Shown: positions 37,701-50,937, counted from the first letter of the whole stretch. The stretch is DNA of 63,879 nt, filler included, from Reticulomyxa filosa (GCA_000512085.1; 14 parts of 14 records of this genome joined end to end with filler, not necessarily neighbours in it), one strand, 5' to 3'. Translations and numbers: made by a program. Notes: generated by a model not told the origin, from the sequence alone.

Positions 37701-40443
37701 CTATTTCCTCCAATCTTTCCAATACTCGATCCATCGACACCGATACAAGTAAATTGATCACTATTTTTGATCGATATAAGGTTTGTGTTGGATCCTCTGC
37801 TTTTACGTATATATTTATATATGTACATACATATGTACATATACACAAATTCAACAAAGAGAAATGAATAGCTCCTCCCTTCCCCTAATTTGTTGAAATA
37901 GACATTGATAGCTCAGCTTCTTCCTCAGCCAAGCGATGAAAGGTTGTCCAGTACGTATATCCAAATGAAAGAGGAACTGTTGCGTTATGACGAAGACGTT
38001 CGTAAGAATGAAGCAATTCAAAATGTCTTGCTAACCCTATTGAAACAATATTCAGCAGAAGTGGGTGACATTTACCAGCAATTGAAGGCTTGTCAACGAA
38101 ACAACAACAACAACAACAACAACAATAGCAATAGCAATAGCAATAACAACAGCAATAACAACAATAATGCCACTAACAATAACAACACTGTGATTCAATC
38201 TCCACGGCGAAAGTACCTTGTGACGCACAACGATGGCAATGCCCCCACTCCTTCTACATCCATCGGCAAAAAGAAAAGCGATGGTGATGAAAACGGAACA
38301 TCGGGCTACGAGGTAAAAATAGACAACGATACGAATCAATCTGTAAATATTGAAAAATTGGATTCGCAAATGCCTATGCTGGCTGCAATGATTCGATCAC
38401 AAAGCAAATCACAATTGAAAAAATTGCAAAAAGAAAAGGAAAAGCAAAAAAAGTTAGGATTTCGACATGTGACACGAGCAAAGACTGTGAACACGAGTCG
38501 AATTGGTATGGATTATACGTGTGTCCTGTGCTTGTGCATGTGCATGTGCATGTGCATGTTTTTGTTTGACTGGATGGACAGGAAATACAAGCATAGAAGC
38601 AGTGGTGCTGGACACGGAAATGCCAAACTACGTGGAAGACGAAAGGAAAGAGGAAGCCACTTCGAATAGCACGGAAAATGCCAATCGTCGTCACTCGATT
38701 CATACGGCAAAAGAGTATCGAAAGGAGCACTATCCAGAACTGGCCAACGAAGAGAGCGAAGACGATGAGGAGGACGAGCACGAGCATGAGCATGAGCATG
38801 AGCATGAGCATGAGAATGAGCATGAGCATGAGCATGAGCACGAGCACGTGAGCAAAGACAAGGACATGCATCGAGATGAACATGCGGTGGTGGAAGTGGA
38901 AATTGAGATGGACGAAGAGGAGGACACTGCAACGGTGCACGTGATGGAGGACAATCGATTTTTGTCAAGCAATCCAGACAGCGAGGTGGAAAGTCCTCAT
39001 TTTCCTACGAATGGGATGGTGGTGACCACGGCCGGATTGGACCCCGATTCAATGATCATTTTCGAGACAATAGAGGCGCAGCCGGATACTACCAATCCAT
39101 CCCCTGCTTTGTTCGGGAGCATGTCTCCACAAAAAGCGTCCAAACGTGAACGTAATGGACATACGCCAAAAAGGGAGAGAGCGCACACTGAGACTTCGCT
39201 GAGCCATGGCCGAGTCAAAACGACTGTAGTTCATCAACGTCCGCAGTTATGTAGAATAACTTTGGAGTCTGTTCATTTGTTGTTTTGTAAATCGCAATGA
39301 TTTGTGAAGAGTACACACAAAGAGCATGAATTGCTTGTGCAAAGGGAAAAAGGAATGTCCTCTGCGGACGTGGAGAGCGAAGAAGAAGATGTAATCAGCA
39401 CACTGTCTGGAGTACCGGCGTACAACACAAACGAGGATGAATCTGCAGTCACAACAATGATCATTGCTGAAAACGAGGAACAAAACTTTGGAGCGAGAGA
39501 ATTCCAATCTGCCTCTGTCCACGCCCAATCCTCTCACAAACCATTGCTGAAGACAAACTCAAACAGCGACAAGGCTTCTTCCAATGTTCCTTTACACAAT
39601 CAACCGCGCTCCTATCGCTTTCCTTCTTCTCAGTCTGTGTTTTCTGTTGTGGATTACAACACTTTGCCTCTCCCTTCTGGTGACTCCGTCATCGGAGATG
39701 ATGAAGACGATCGCGATGATAGTGTCATTGACAGTGAACTTCTCGAAGAAAGTGAAGATAAAAAATCAAGTCCAAACAAAGAAAAAAAAGCTGCCCGATC
39801 GACCAAAACAAACAAAAAAGGCGCAAATTACAAAGAGTCATCTGCATTGAGAAAATTACGTGAAAAGTTGAAAGAAGGGTTTCAAGCTGTTGACATAATG
39901 GCGGAAGAGGCCGTTGACGTGGCCAACTTTTGCATTGTTATGATGTATTTGGGCTTGAACGAGTTTGATCACAGTGATGGCCAAGATATTTTTGACGTGT
40001 TAGACAATCATGATCTACAAGTTATGCCAATTGCTGAAATTATTGATGCAGTCGTGCAAAACAAAGAACATGATATCATCATCGCCTTGAGAAATAAGCT
40101 TTTAAAAACTCTAGGCTTACACGCAGAAGAAGAGGAAGAAGTTGAACAGAACGAAAAAGCGTCACAATTAACTGATAATAGTGGTGACACTATCGGAAAA
40201 AAAGAAATAAACAAAATACTGAACTCTTTGATATGTTATGTTGCTTTTTTTTTTGTGCCTGCAATCTGAAGAGCCTAAAAGTGTTTTTTGATTATGTATA
40301 GAGATGCAATGGAAGAAATACATTTGGTCGAGGTTGAAAAAGACAAGACACCACTGAGCCCAATTTATAGCACCGTCCAGCCCGTTCAAAGGTTTGATCT
40401 TAATCAACTACACGACAATGGGGCAACAAAATCTCAAGAATAA
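34733..40443 (+). CDS. Large multi-exon low-complexity protein with a helical bundle plus Cbl-like EF-hand module, coiled coils, an (HE)n tract and a C-terminal EF-hand-like region
   Basis: Successive ORFs are joined mostly by in-phase GT-AG introns (e.g. 36628-36708). DFWIGLF...IEWSVF...GLDKQSV...FSLRVFDLLLKKF; QDIFDVLDNHDLQVMPIAEII near the C-terminus. Confidence 0.6.
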
Positions 40444-41196
40444 CCAAATGAACATTTCATTTTTTGTTTGTTTGGGGATCCATGGTTGTATTTGTTCTGT
40501 TTTTGTAACTTGAAGACGAAAAGATTAGCTTTTCCAATTAGATGGATGTTTAGTTCTTGTTTTTAATCAAACATTTACACACGTTGAAAAATAAAAAAAT
40601 TTCATCACGAATAACAAACATCTTTGGTCATATAATAATTAGATATCTCTTGGTTCAAAATTTACTATTTTCTTATCTTTCAATTTTTTTAAAGAAGAGA
40701 CACCTTATTCCAAGGATAAATCTATTAAGAAATAAAATGAACCAAACTAAAATTGGTCTCTGCTTTTAACAAAAATTAACAACTAATTACTTCTACATTA
40801 CAATAATCCATGATTACCTCTTATCTGAATTTGAATATTAAAATGTATTTGAATTTGAGTCGTCGCATTTAGACAAATGCAATAGTACCTCAATTTTGAA
40901 AAAAATACTATTATTACCTGGACAACAGTCAAAACAATTTCAAAGCATTGTCTCTAAGTTGACTATTAATATTTATTCGCACTAATTAATACAAACAATG
41001 AATCTTGAAGAAATTTTCAATAAAAATAAATAAAAATAAAAGTAACAAACATTGAGTGAAAAGAAGCTAAGAAAGTTGATCCTTAGCCAGTTCAAAACTA
41101 AGTAATCCTTTGAAGAGAAAAAAAACTTGTTTGTTGCGTGTTTTTCTTTGTTTATTTTGTTAAATAATTGTGTTTTCTTATTCCAACAAATAAATT

Positions 41197-42388
41197 ATGG
41201 ACGAAGATACTGCGCAAGCGTTGGTTGTTGATAATGGCAGTGGTATGGTGAAAGCTGGCTTCAGTGGCGACGATGCCCCACGAACAGTATTTCCAAGCAT
41301 TGTGGGCAGACCAAAAAACGAGAGTGTGATGGTGGGCACAGTGCAAAAAGATGCATATGTTGGTGATGAAGCCCAAAGCAAAAGGGGTATTTTGCAGTTA
41401 AAATACCCAATTGAACATGGTATCGTGACAAGTTGGGATGACATGGAAAAAATTTGGCATCACACGTTTTACAAGTTAAACTTTTTATATAACGTTTTTG
41501 AAATTTGTTCCTTAGCATGCTTTTTTTTTGGACAGCGAGCTACGTATCCAGCCAGAAGAGCACGCAATTTTGTTAACGGAGGCCCCGTTGAATCCGAAGG
41601 CAAACCGAGAAAAAATGACGCAAATAATGTTTGAGACCTTTAACACGCCTTCAATGTACGTAGGTATCCAAGCTGTCTTATCACTGTATGCAAGTGGCAG
41701 AACGACCGGTATCGTATTGGACGCTGGTGATGGTGTATCGCACACAGTTCCAATTTACGAAGGGTACGCTTTGCCACACGCAATTTTGCGCTTGGATTTG
41801 GCTGGCAGGGATTTGACCGAGTACTTAATGATAATTTTGACCGAAAGAGGTTATTCCTTTACTACCAGCGCAGAAAGGGAAATCGTCCGTGATATTAAGG
41901 AGAAATTAGCTTATGTTGCTGAAGACTTTCAAGCAGAATTGAAAAAAGCAGAGACCTCTAGCGAGATCGAGAAAAACTTTGAATTACCTGACGGACAGGT
42001 TATTACTCTCGGAGCTGAGAGGTTCAGATGTCCTGAGGCTTTGTTTTCACCAAGTATGATTGGAAAGGAGAGCGAGGGAATTCACAAATTGACTTACGGA
42101 AGTATTATGAAATGCGATCTCGACATCCGTCGAGATTTGTTCACCAACACTGTGTTGAGTGGAGGCACAACCATGTTCCCTAACATTGATGTCCGTTTGA
42201 CCAAGGAAATGGCCACTTTGGCTCCTGCCAGCATCCGAGTAAAAATTGTTGCTCCTCCTGAAAGAAAATACAGTGTCTGGATCGGGGGAAGTATTTTGAC
42301 CAGCTTAAGTACTTTCCAGGAAATGTGGATTACAAAAGATGAGTACGATGAAAGTGGTCCAGGCATTGTGCACAGAAGATGCTTTTAA
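41197..42388 (+). CDS. ACT: Actin, 376 aa, join(41197..41474,41536..42388)
   Basis: [75 protein letters not shown] 61-nt GT-AG intron restores TFYNELR. Confidence 0.99.
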
Positions 42389-45300
42389 AGTTTTTTCGCC
42401 TTGAGAAGATTTTACGTTTGTTTTTGTTTTTTTATGTAACTGATGTTCCCCAATTTTTGGTTGGTTTACAATTGTTGTTTGTCACTTCGTCGTTCTGAAG
42501 TGTCGCTCTTGTACATGCAATTCATTGTGATGTTTTGGAGTGTGAGGTGTAATGACATCAATTGTTTTGGAATAAATTTCGTTTGAAAATATATTCAGGG
42601 TGAAAATTAACTTTCAATTTATACATTCTCTGCAATAGATTCACTTTGAGTATTAATATTTTGAAAAATGCTTATAATTTGAAACCAAGTCGGACATGAA
42701 ATATAATCGGTGGTTGATATAGTGAAAGGTGATTAGATACACTAATTTCCAAATTGGATAGTGTGAACTTGTGTACATTAAGATGGAAGTAATTACCGGC
42801 AATAGATAAGATATACTCAAAATGAAAAACAAAACTATTCTTTATGAATTTAAATTAAACATAGAGAATTCAAAAAGCAAATAATATGAAATATTTGGGA
42901 TTTATTGTTGATAAATGATATTTCAGAACCAAATCAATTGTATTTATTGCAAACAATCAAAGAAACTTGTATATTTGATGTTAATGTGATATTACAAATG
43001 AATAAGAATGATTTTGTCTTTATATAATTTATTGTATAAACAATAGTTATTGTATGATGAATCAACAAGAAATGTGCTATCAAAATTATTTCAAAAAAAA
43101 ATAGATATGATTTATATGATTGATTACATTAATAAAAACTAACAACAATATAAAATAATGTGGAATAACAATATTGAAGTAGACTAATATAATAAGACGA
43201 AATTCTACGAAAAGAATGCAACTATATAGTGGATTAACAAATGAACATTGCTTCTTTGCTTTCTTCGCAACGTCAGCATTTAAAGTTGTATTACAAAGCT
43301 AAAGTATGAAATAAAATGAAGAAAAGAAACTTGAAGAAGTCAAATTTTAAAAAATGTAATAAAAATATTCAAATTATTGTGTAAAAATATTATAATGATT
43401 GTAGTCACTATGAATAAGTCCAAAGAACTACAGTAAGATAAAAAAGAAAGATGACACCTAAAATGCCACCTTATAGAGATAATTGTGTTTCTACATGAAA
43501 AAACAACATTTAATCAAAATTTTTTTTTTAAAAAATATCTACGAATCGTGTAGTTTTTAAATATCATTTTGGTTTTTTAATAAGTCTTTTCAATTTTTCA
43601 AAAATTTTATTCTTTCATTTGATTTGGTAAAATTTNNNNNNNNNNNNNNNNNNNNNNNNNNNNNNNNNNNNNNNNNNNNTTAATTAATTAANNNNNNNNN
43701 NNNNNNNNNNNNNNNNNNNNNNNNNNNNNNNNNNNTATATATTTATATACTTATATTTATATTTATATTTATATTTTTTGTGAATTAAAACTTTTTTTTT
43801 TATTGTTTAATTTCAAAATCGATTTGTTTTTGCTTTTTTGAGTTTGTGTTGAATTGTTTGTGCTTGTGTGATTGTGCATGTTTTCTTTTTGCACAAATTT
43901 TTACTCGATTTTTTCCTCATTTTTTTTTCATCTTGAAAAACTTTAATTTTTCTCATAAATCGAATTTCGCAATATATAACTTATATTTTCTTTTCAAAAA
44001 ATGAAAAATATTTTATTGACATTTTAACGTATCTTTTTCAAAGACTTGCAATTAAAAAATGATGATATTTTTAATTTCATAAAAGAATTTTATTTTTTTG
44101 CAATTTTGTCTTAAATAAAAAAAAAGATAGAGCCAGTTGCACAAAGTGTAATACGAAAGATTTGCTCTTTTAAGAAACTTTCAAGAAAAGACAAACTATT
44201 TAGGAAGAATACTTAAAATTAACTCAAAATAAGGACAAAAGAGAACAAACTTTCTCTGAAGATGATATGAAAATCTAAGAGTTTTTTTTTCAAAAAAAAA
44301 AAGTTCCTTTTGAATATTGTCAACAATTTGTACAATTTTTTATATAATTGGAATATGTCAATAAATTGAGATTATTATGATATAACTTGGAGAAAAAAAC
44401 TTATTAAAGATGGTTTTTTTTTTCTCTCAATGAGGATATAAAAGTTTTGAAAAAAGAAATTACCAGTATTTTATTTTTTTGTAAAATGACTGTTATTTTA
44501 CTCAAAATCGATTGATAGAGAAAATGTTTTTCCTTTTTCAATAATTACAAAAAAGTAATTTGAAACAATAGGGCTTTTTTTTTCCGCTTGCAAAGACGTA
44601 ATATCAAAAATAAATACATCAAAACACGTTATTTAGAAAACTTACACATAAACAAAATGTAAGGACTGTTTTTAGAATGAGATATGTAACGAAGAAATCA
44701 TTCCTTAGATAAGCCTTATATTTCCAGTGTGTTAAAGTTTAGTAACATTCCAACTTCTAGAAGAAAAAGTACTAAACTCATTTAGTCATTGAAATATATT
44801 CTTTATTCAAGGGAAAAAAAATGAAATCAATACAGTCACTATTTTCTCTTTATTCTAGTAGATTTTCAATAAAAAATTAATTAAATTTTATTAACATCGT
44901 ATCTATCGTATTGTTGATAATTTGTGGAGATTGGTTGATTTTTACTCAAAAAAAAAAGAACAAATTTGATCTCACTAATAACTTTATTTATCAAATTGAT
45001 TGTGATTGTCATTTCGTATTTGCAATGCAAAATCTACTCAATCATCAGTTCAATCTTCTGTTGTTATAATTGTACTTGTTTTCCAAAGAAAGATAGTTCA
45101 AGATAACAAGATCACTATGTCCAATGCCACAACAGATTTTTTATTTAATGTAAACAAAAAAGAAAATAGCATCCAATTCAAACAAGTCAAATCAAAATAA
45201 ATAATCTTTCTTGTCCATAAGAACACGATCAACAAATTCCATTCTCCATCTAACGAAACAACCCCAAATTTCAAAATTCATCACTATACATCGATACACA

Positions 45301-45413
45301 ATTATTTGTTTAAAAAAACATCTTTATCATTTCTTACCCAAATATTCATTTCCAAAAAAAAGAAGGGGTCATCATAAACTATTTAAAAACAAAAAAAAAA
45401 AGCTTAATCTAAC

Positions 45414-46646
45414 ATGTCTACTCAAGTCAACAACTACTTTCAATCTTTGCCTGACTTACCCAAACCATTCACAGCAACACAATGTATTTTGTTCAAGGAA
45501 GAACTTCTTATTTGTGGAGGCGCTAATACTAGCCAGTGTTACTCGTATCATACTCTGAAAAAAGAATACAAATACATCTGCTCTTATCCCGATGATGTCA
45601 AATTAAATGGACATTGTGTCGTTCAATTGAATCATTCGCAAACCAATCCCAATGAAATTCATTTGTTATCTTTTGGAGGACAAAATACAAATATAATGAA
45701 ACAAACATTTTCAATGAAATATACAAGTGTTTGGGAAATTGATGATAACAACACTCAGAGTGATTCCAAATCTGAGAATCAATCTTTCAATACTTGGATA
45801 CGACATAATCAAGATACCAACATTGGAAACTTTCAAAATAATTTAATAGGAGTGCGTGGATTGATTGGTGGAAAGAATAACGATTTATTGTTCATCACAT
45901 ATTTTCCAAAAAACATTGAAGTGATTGATTTGAAAACAATGAGATCATTGAATGGAATCAAAAACAGCGTAATACCAAGAGAGAAACGTAAATTTAAAAT
46001 TCAACATCATTGTTTTGTGCCATTGACAATGAATAATGAGAAGGTGATCAATCATTTCATATTATTTTGTCATAACATAGGATTATTAATAAAATATGAT
46101 GAACAAAACAAATCATTTCATTATCAAAAATTACCCATTTGCCCTGCCTTCAATGATTTTGCATCTTATTCATTTGTGTATCTTCATGATTTTATATTTT
46201 TATTTGGTGGAATAAATAGTATTACACACGAAAGAACAAAGCTTGTGTATAAGTATTCAATGAAAGATAAAATATGGAATCAATGCAAAATAACATTGCC
46301 AATGGAAATTAATTTATCATTTGCAATTTTGAGTGATGATGATATAAATGTTCATGTCATTGGTGGATCGAATGCAAAATATGGAATACAGAAAACGCAT
46401 GTAAGTGTAAATGCAGATGAACTATTTGAAAAATCAGAATTATTGAAAATGCCAGAGATTTATAGAAAAACGATAGAATTAAAAAATGAAATAACGAAAA
46501 TGAAATTGGAAAGACCATACATAATTCCAATTGAAAAACAAAGAATGAATGAAGATGAAAAAGAGAATAAAGAAGTGATAGAAATTCCAAAAGATTGGAA
46601 AGAAAGAAAAACACAAATTGAAACATTGGAAAAGAAATGGAAAGAA
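45414..46646 (+). CDS. Kelch-like beta-propeller protein (expanded-family type), 3'-truncated
   Basis: Intronless ORF with repeated GG motifs (ELLICGG, LLSFGG, GLIGG, FLFGG, HVIGG) and Y/W spacing typical of kelch blades, followed by a coiled-coil-like tail. Confidence 0.85.
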
Positions 46647-46828
46647 NNNNNNNNNNNNNNNNNNNNNNNNNNNNNNNNNNNNNNNNNNNNTTAATTAATT
46701 AANNNNNNNNNNNNNNNNNNNNNNNNNNNNNNNNNNNNNNNNNNNNTTTTTTTTTTTGAACAGTTATTTCAAAAAAATCAGGTAAAAGTAATTGAAATTT
46801 TTCACAAATATTTATATTGAAAAAAAAT

Positions 46829-46920
46829 TTGACTTAGTCAGGAGAAAAGAGTTTTGACTAGTCAAGAAAAATTGACTACTCAAGAAAGAGCTTGATTAGT
46901 CAGGAAAATAGTTTTGACCA
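46829..46920. repeat. Short array of 4-5 degenerate palindromic TTGACTAGTCA(A/G)G units with A-rich spacers
   Basis: TTGACTTAGTCAGG, TTGACTAGTCAAG, TTGACTACTCAAG, TTGATTAGTCAGG, TTTTGACC. Confidence 0.6.
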
Positions 46921-48596
46921 ACAAGCTACAACCACACAAGTCTCTTTTCCAACGAAAGGCTCTCAATGTCTTGTCAGAAAAATGAGCCATTTGATAATAG
47001 CGGAAAAAGAAAACCGCAGACTCATTTGAAACAAATCCAAAGCGAATAAGCAATCTTGATGGCTTTTTAAAGGATAAAATATTCCTCTTTTGATGATGAT
47101 GAAAACGCTTATATCAGCTGGAATTTTTCATCATGTTCACAAGTTTCAAAGCAATCTGTTGCAAATCCTGTTTTTTATGTTTATCAGTCTTGTCGAAGTG
47201 ATAATGACAAGAATAACTTTTAGATTTCTTTAGAGGATCCGTCGTTTTCTGTCAAAAAAGTATAGACCATTTGACACGAGAAGACGAATGGAAGTTGTTT
47301 TTGAAAAATTTTTTTTAATGATGTAATGCTAATGTGAGCATTAAAAGAAAAAAATATATATATAAGAACAAAATTGCAAGGTGCTACAATTTGTATAAGT
47401 ATATGAAGTAAATACTTCTCTCATTATGTTATTACCACCTTGACTCCTTTTGCATTTCTAATTTATGAAATTTTAATTGACTTCAAAATTGTTTGTAAAA
47501 TCTGTCAATTTAATGAGAATTCTTATAAAATTTTTTTTTTTTTAAAGAATTTTTTTTTTCTTCTTCGAAAGTGCAAATAATCGACATGAAAGATTTAAAT
47601 CATTTTTCTATCTCTTATTTTTTGGAAAGTTTAAAAAAGAATAATAATGTATGCATTTTAATTTGTTATTTGTATGAAAAGCAATATTGAAAATAACAAA
47701 TTGAAGACAATAATTTTTTGCATATAGTGCTTAAATTGTACTATTTCTTTTCTTTCTCTTTTTTTCAAATTAAAAATNNNNNNNNNNNNNNNNNNNNNNN
47801 NNNNNNNNNNNNNNNNNNNNNTTAATTAATTAANNNNNNNNNNNNNNNNNNNNNNNNNNNNNNNNNNNNNNNNNNNNTTTTTTTCTTTTGGCTCACGACC
47901 AGAGAGTTTTGCAAATTTTCGGTAAATCGATTTGAATTATTGTTGTTATGCTGAGATAAGGGGGCAAGGGCAAAGGGAGCAAATTAATGTGTGTGTGGTC
48001 TTCGTTTCTTTTGAATTTGAGAGAGGTCTCCAATTCTGGTGGTATAAGCTTCCGCATTTGTAGTATTTTGCAATTGCCCATTATTTCGGACATAAGAGAA
48101 GTTTGTTGTCTTTTTTTTACTAATGTTACCACAACAGAAACTGACGGCAACTTTTAACAAAAGAGCAAAACTTTAGAGCTACAAAACAAGTCATCAAAGA
48201 CAAAAAAAACTGAACCACCACTTAACCCTATAATTTTAATTGAGTTCATAAAATACTCCATAATAACAAATAAGTTAATAAATAATAATACATTTTTTAA
48301 TTGAAAATATAACAATAAAATTATGATGAATTTAAGAGTTTCTTAAAAAAGGCCTAGTTCCAGTTTTTTCCTTATTTTATCTAGCATCATTGAGCTCGTT
48401 CCTTCAAATCAAAGCTTAAAAAAAAAATTTATTCCGGATTGCCGATGAAAGACTCCGTAGAAAAGTAACTTCAAACCTTCAAAAGCGCTATCCTGACAAT
48501 TTTTTTTTTAAAAATAAATCATTACGAAAATGACTGGTATTAAAACTGATTGCTTTATATTACATCCAAAAAATGGACAAGAAATGATGCAAACGA

Positions 48597-48880
48597 ATGA
48601 AAAACAAAAGAAAGAAACAGCGAAATGTTGCTTTTTACGATGATAATAAAAAAAATTTTCAATTTCATATGCTGGCTGTTGATGTATATGTTGTACAAGT
48701 CTACAAATATGGATATTTATGTATCAATGACGTTATCTGGACATTTGGTGGATGTTGGATGATATTGAAGCATTACATTCGTGAAAACTGATGGAAAATG
48801 TCTCGACAGCTAAATTTTTTGAAGATGCAACAGTGTTGAGTGAAGAAAACCATGCATGCATTTGATTGGATGAAAATTTG
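48597..48880 (+). pseudogene. Kelch-family pseudogene fragment
   Basis: YDDNKKNFQFHML...YGYLCINDVIWTFGG...YIREN*W aligns by eye with YDEQNKSFHYQKL...YSFVYLHDFIFLFGG...YSMKDKIW of the 45414 protein. It has an in-frame stop and a frameshift. Confidence 0.6.
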
Positions 48881-49237
48881 ACTTGAATGAAAATGTAAAG
48901 ACAAATTACAATGAACATGAATAAATGTATTTGTGAAAAAGAAAAAAAGGAAAAAGCTAGTATTGAACGTCTGATGCAGTCATGAATGTTGTAAAAATTG
49001 CATTTTTGTTTTGTAAAANNNNNNNNNNNNNNNNNNNNNNNNNNNNNNNNNNNNNNNNNNNNTTAATTAATTAANNNNNNNNNNNNNNNNNNNNNNNNNN
49101 NNNNNNNNNNNNNNNNNNTTTCTTTTTTTTTTTTTTTTTTTTTTTTTATTAAAAAAAAAAAAGCAGTGTTCAAGTAAACTCTCACTGTAATTTCTTTTCT
49201 ACTTCTCGAATGTAGGTTGATAGATGGATATAATCTA

Positions 49238-50005
49238 CTATTCATAAAAATCACTTTCATTATTTTGCTCAATGCTATTTTCTTCATCAACAGCATCTAA
49301 TTCATTCTCAAGATCGACTACCACATCTTGTTTGTCTTGGTATTCGGAAATCAAAGATTGCACATTAGCATGACTTTCCGAGAACTGAAGTTCATCTATG
49401 CCTTCTCTGGTGAAACGATGTAACATCGTTTTTCTTTGGAAAAGTTGTGAAAAGGTAGAGGAAAGAGCTGCAAATGTATTTTTGATGCAAGTGGTATTAC
49501 AAAGCAACGTGCCATTGAGTGGAGTATACGTTGGAGCCAATGGAATAACGGTGATCTTGATAAGGTTTGGAATGAAATTAACAAAGTCTTCGGCCATGTG
49601 ACTTGACATATTGAAGACATCCCAAATATTCATGCTTACGTTTTCTCCACGAATCACAAAAGAATCGGACAAGTATTTGCCATCGCCTGGGACGATATTC
49701 GCGAGCGAGGATACGGACGACCAGAGGTAATCGGTCATCGTTGAGACTGACGTATCTACTTTTTTGCTTTCATCGACTTTGAAAAAAGGATAATGCGACA
49801 TCAACAAAAAATGTAACCGTGGAAAAGGTATCAAGTTCAATCTCATTTTATGTAGATCGTCATTCAATTTACAGGGAATCCTGTAATCACCAGCAATAAC
49901 AATATAAAAATAATTTATTTTTTTTTTTTTTTTTTTTTGGGAAAGAGATACTTTGTTTATTGCATAATGTGCAAGGAGGGGGAGGGGAAAAATAATTGAC
50001 TCTAT

Positions 50006-50045
<40 letters not shown>

Positions 50046-50937
50046 TAAGTGCAAGGAGAAAAGAAAACACCTGCAAACGAACAAACTCTCTTCTTTGGTA
50101 TTATTATTTTGTACCCTCCTTCTTTTCATTGACAAACCTGAAAGATGAAGTAACTCCATTCATGGCCAAAGATGTAATCCAGTTCAAATCTTTGTACGTC
50201 GGATTCGAACTCTTCAATGTCCTCTTGCAAATATTGAAGAGGGATGCGTTGTCGATGGTAAAAGTGGCATGGCTGTGATCAATGAGTTGACTCAAGCCCA
50301 ATATGGCATGGTATGTCTCCACAATTAGCTGACTTGGAAGCACGCTAAACGAAGATGTAACCAAGGTAGGATAGTTGTTTCGGAGGTGCTCCAACAATAA
50401 CGTTCCCAATCCACTGCCGGTACTTCCTCCCAATGAATGCATTACTTGAAATCCTTGTGGTGAGTCACATAACTGTACTTCCCCCCCCTTCCTCTTTTTT
50501 TCTGTCTTCACTCTTTTTTTTTTTTTTTGGCTCTTAACTTCTAATTCTTTTTGAAGGACTTCTGTGTACTCTTCGATAATTTGTGACGACTCGGTCAGAT
50601 AAGATCGTCCGTAACCACCCAAAACAGAAGATGCTCCGGCAACGTAATTATCTGGATTAAACATCTTTCCGATCCGTCCTGCTTTAACTACTTCCAACGG
50701 CCCTGGGTCTGTGTCAAGCATTATTGCTCGAGGGACGTATTTGTTGTCGCTGCTTTCTGCAAAGTACACGCTCATTTTCTCAGTCTGTAGTCGGAGTTTG
50801 TTTTTACTTGTCTCCGGATCCGAAATAAGCGATCCACTTTCGCTAAGCTGATGGTCTTTGCAAATAGATTCCCAAAAAACATTTCCTATTTGATTTCCAC
50901 ATTGGCCAACTTGTAAATGTATTATTTCGCGTACCAT
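49238..50937 (-). CDS. TUBB: Highly divergent beta-tubulin (foraminiferal beta2-related), 458 aa, join(50539..50937,50138..50472,49238..49880)
   Basis: MVREIIHLQVGQCGNQIG, YVPRA, QGFQ..HSLGGSTGSGLG, IDN, NLIPFPRLHF, EYQDKQD and an acidic tail. Two GT-AG introns give an intact 1377-nt CDS. Confidence 0.93.

Noticed and set aside
38374-38972. Antisense ORFs with (ML)n, (AH)n and (CS)n repeats
   Set aside because: Shadow frames of the (GAGCAT)n repeat in the + strand gene.
46829-46920. CRISPR-like repeat-spacer appearance
   Set aside because: The units are about 13 bp and degenerate, the spacers are 5-11 bp and A-rich, the context is eukaryotic, and no cas genes are present.
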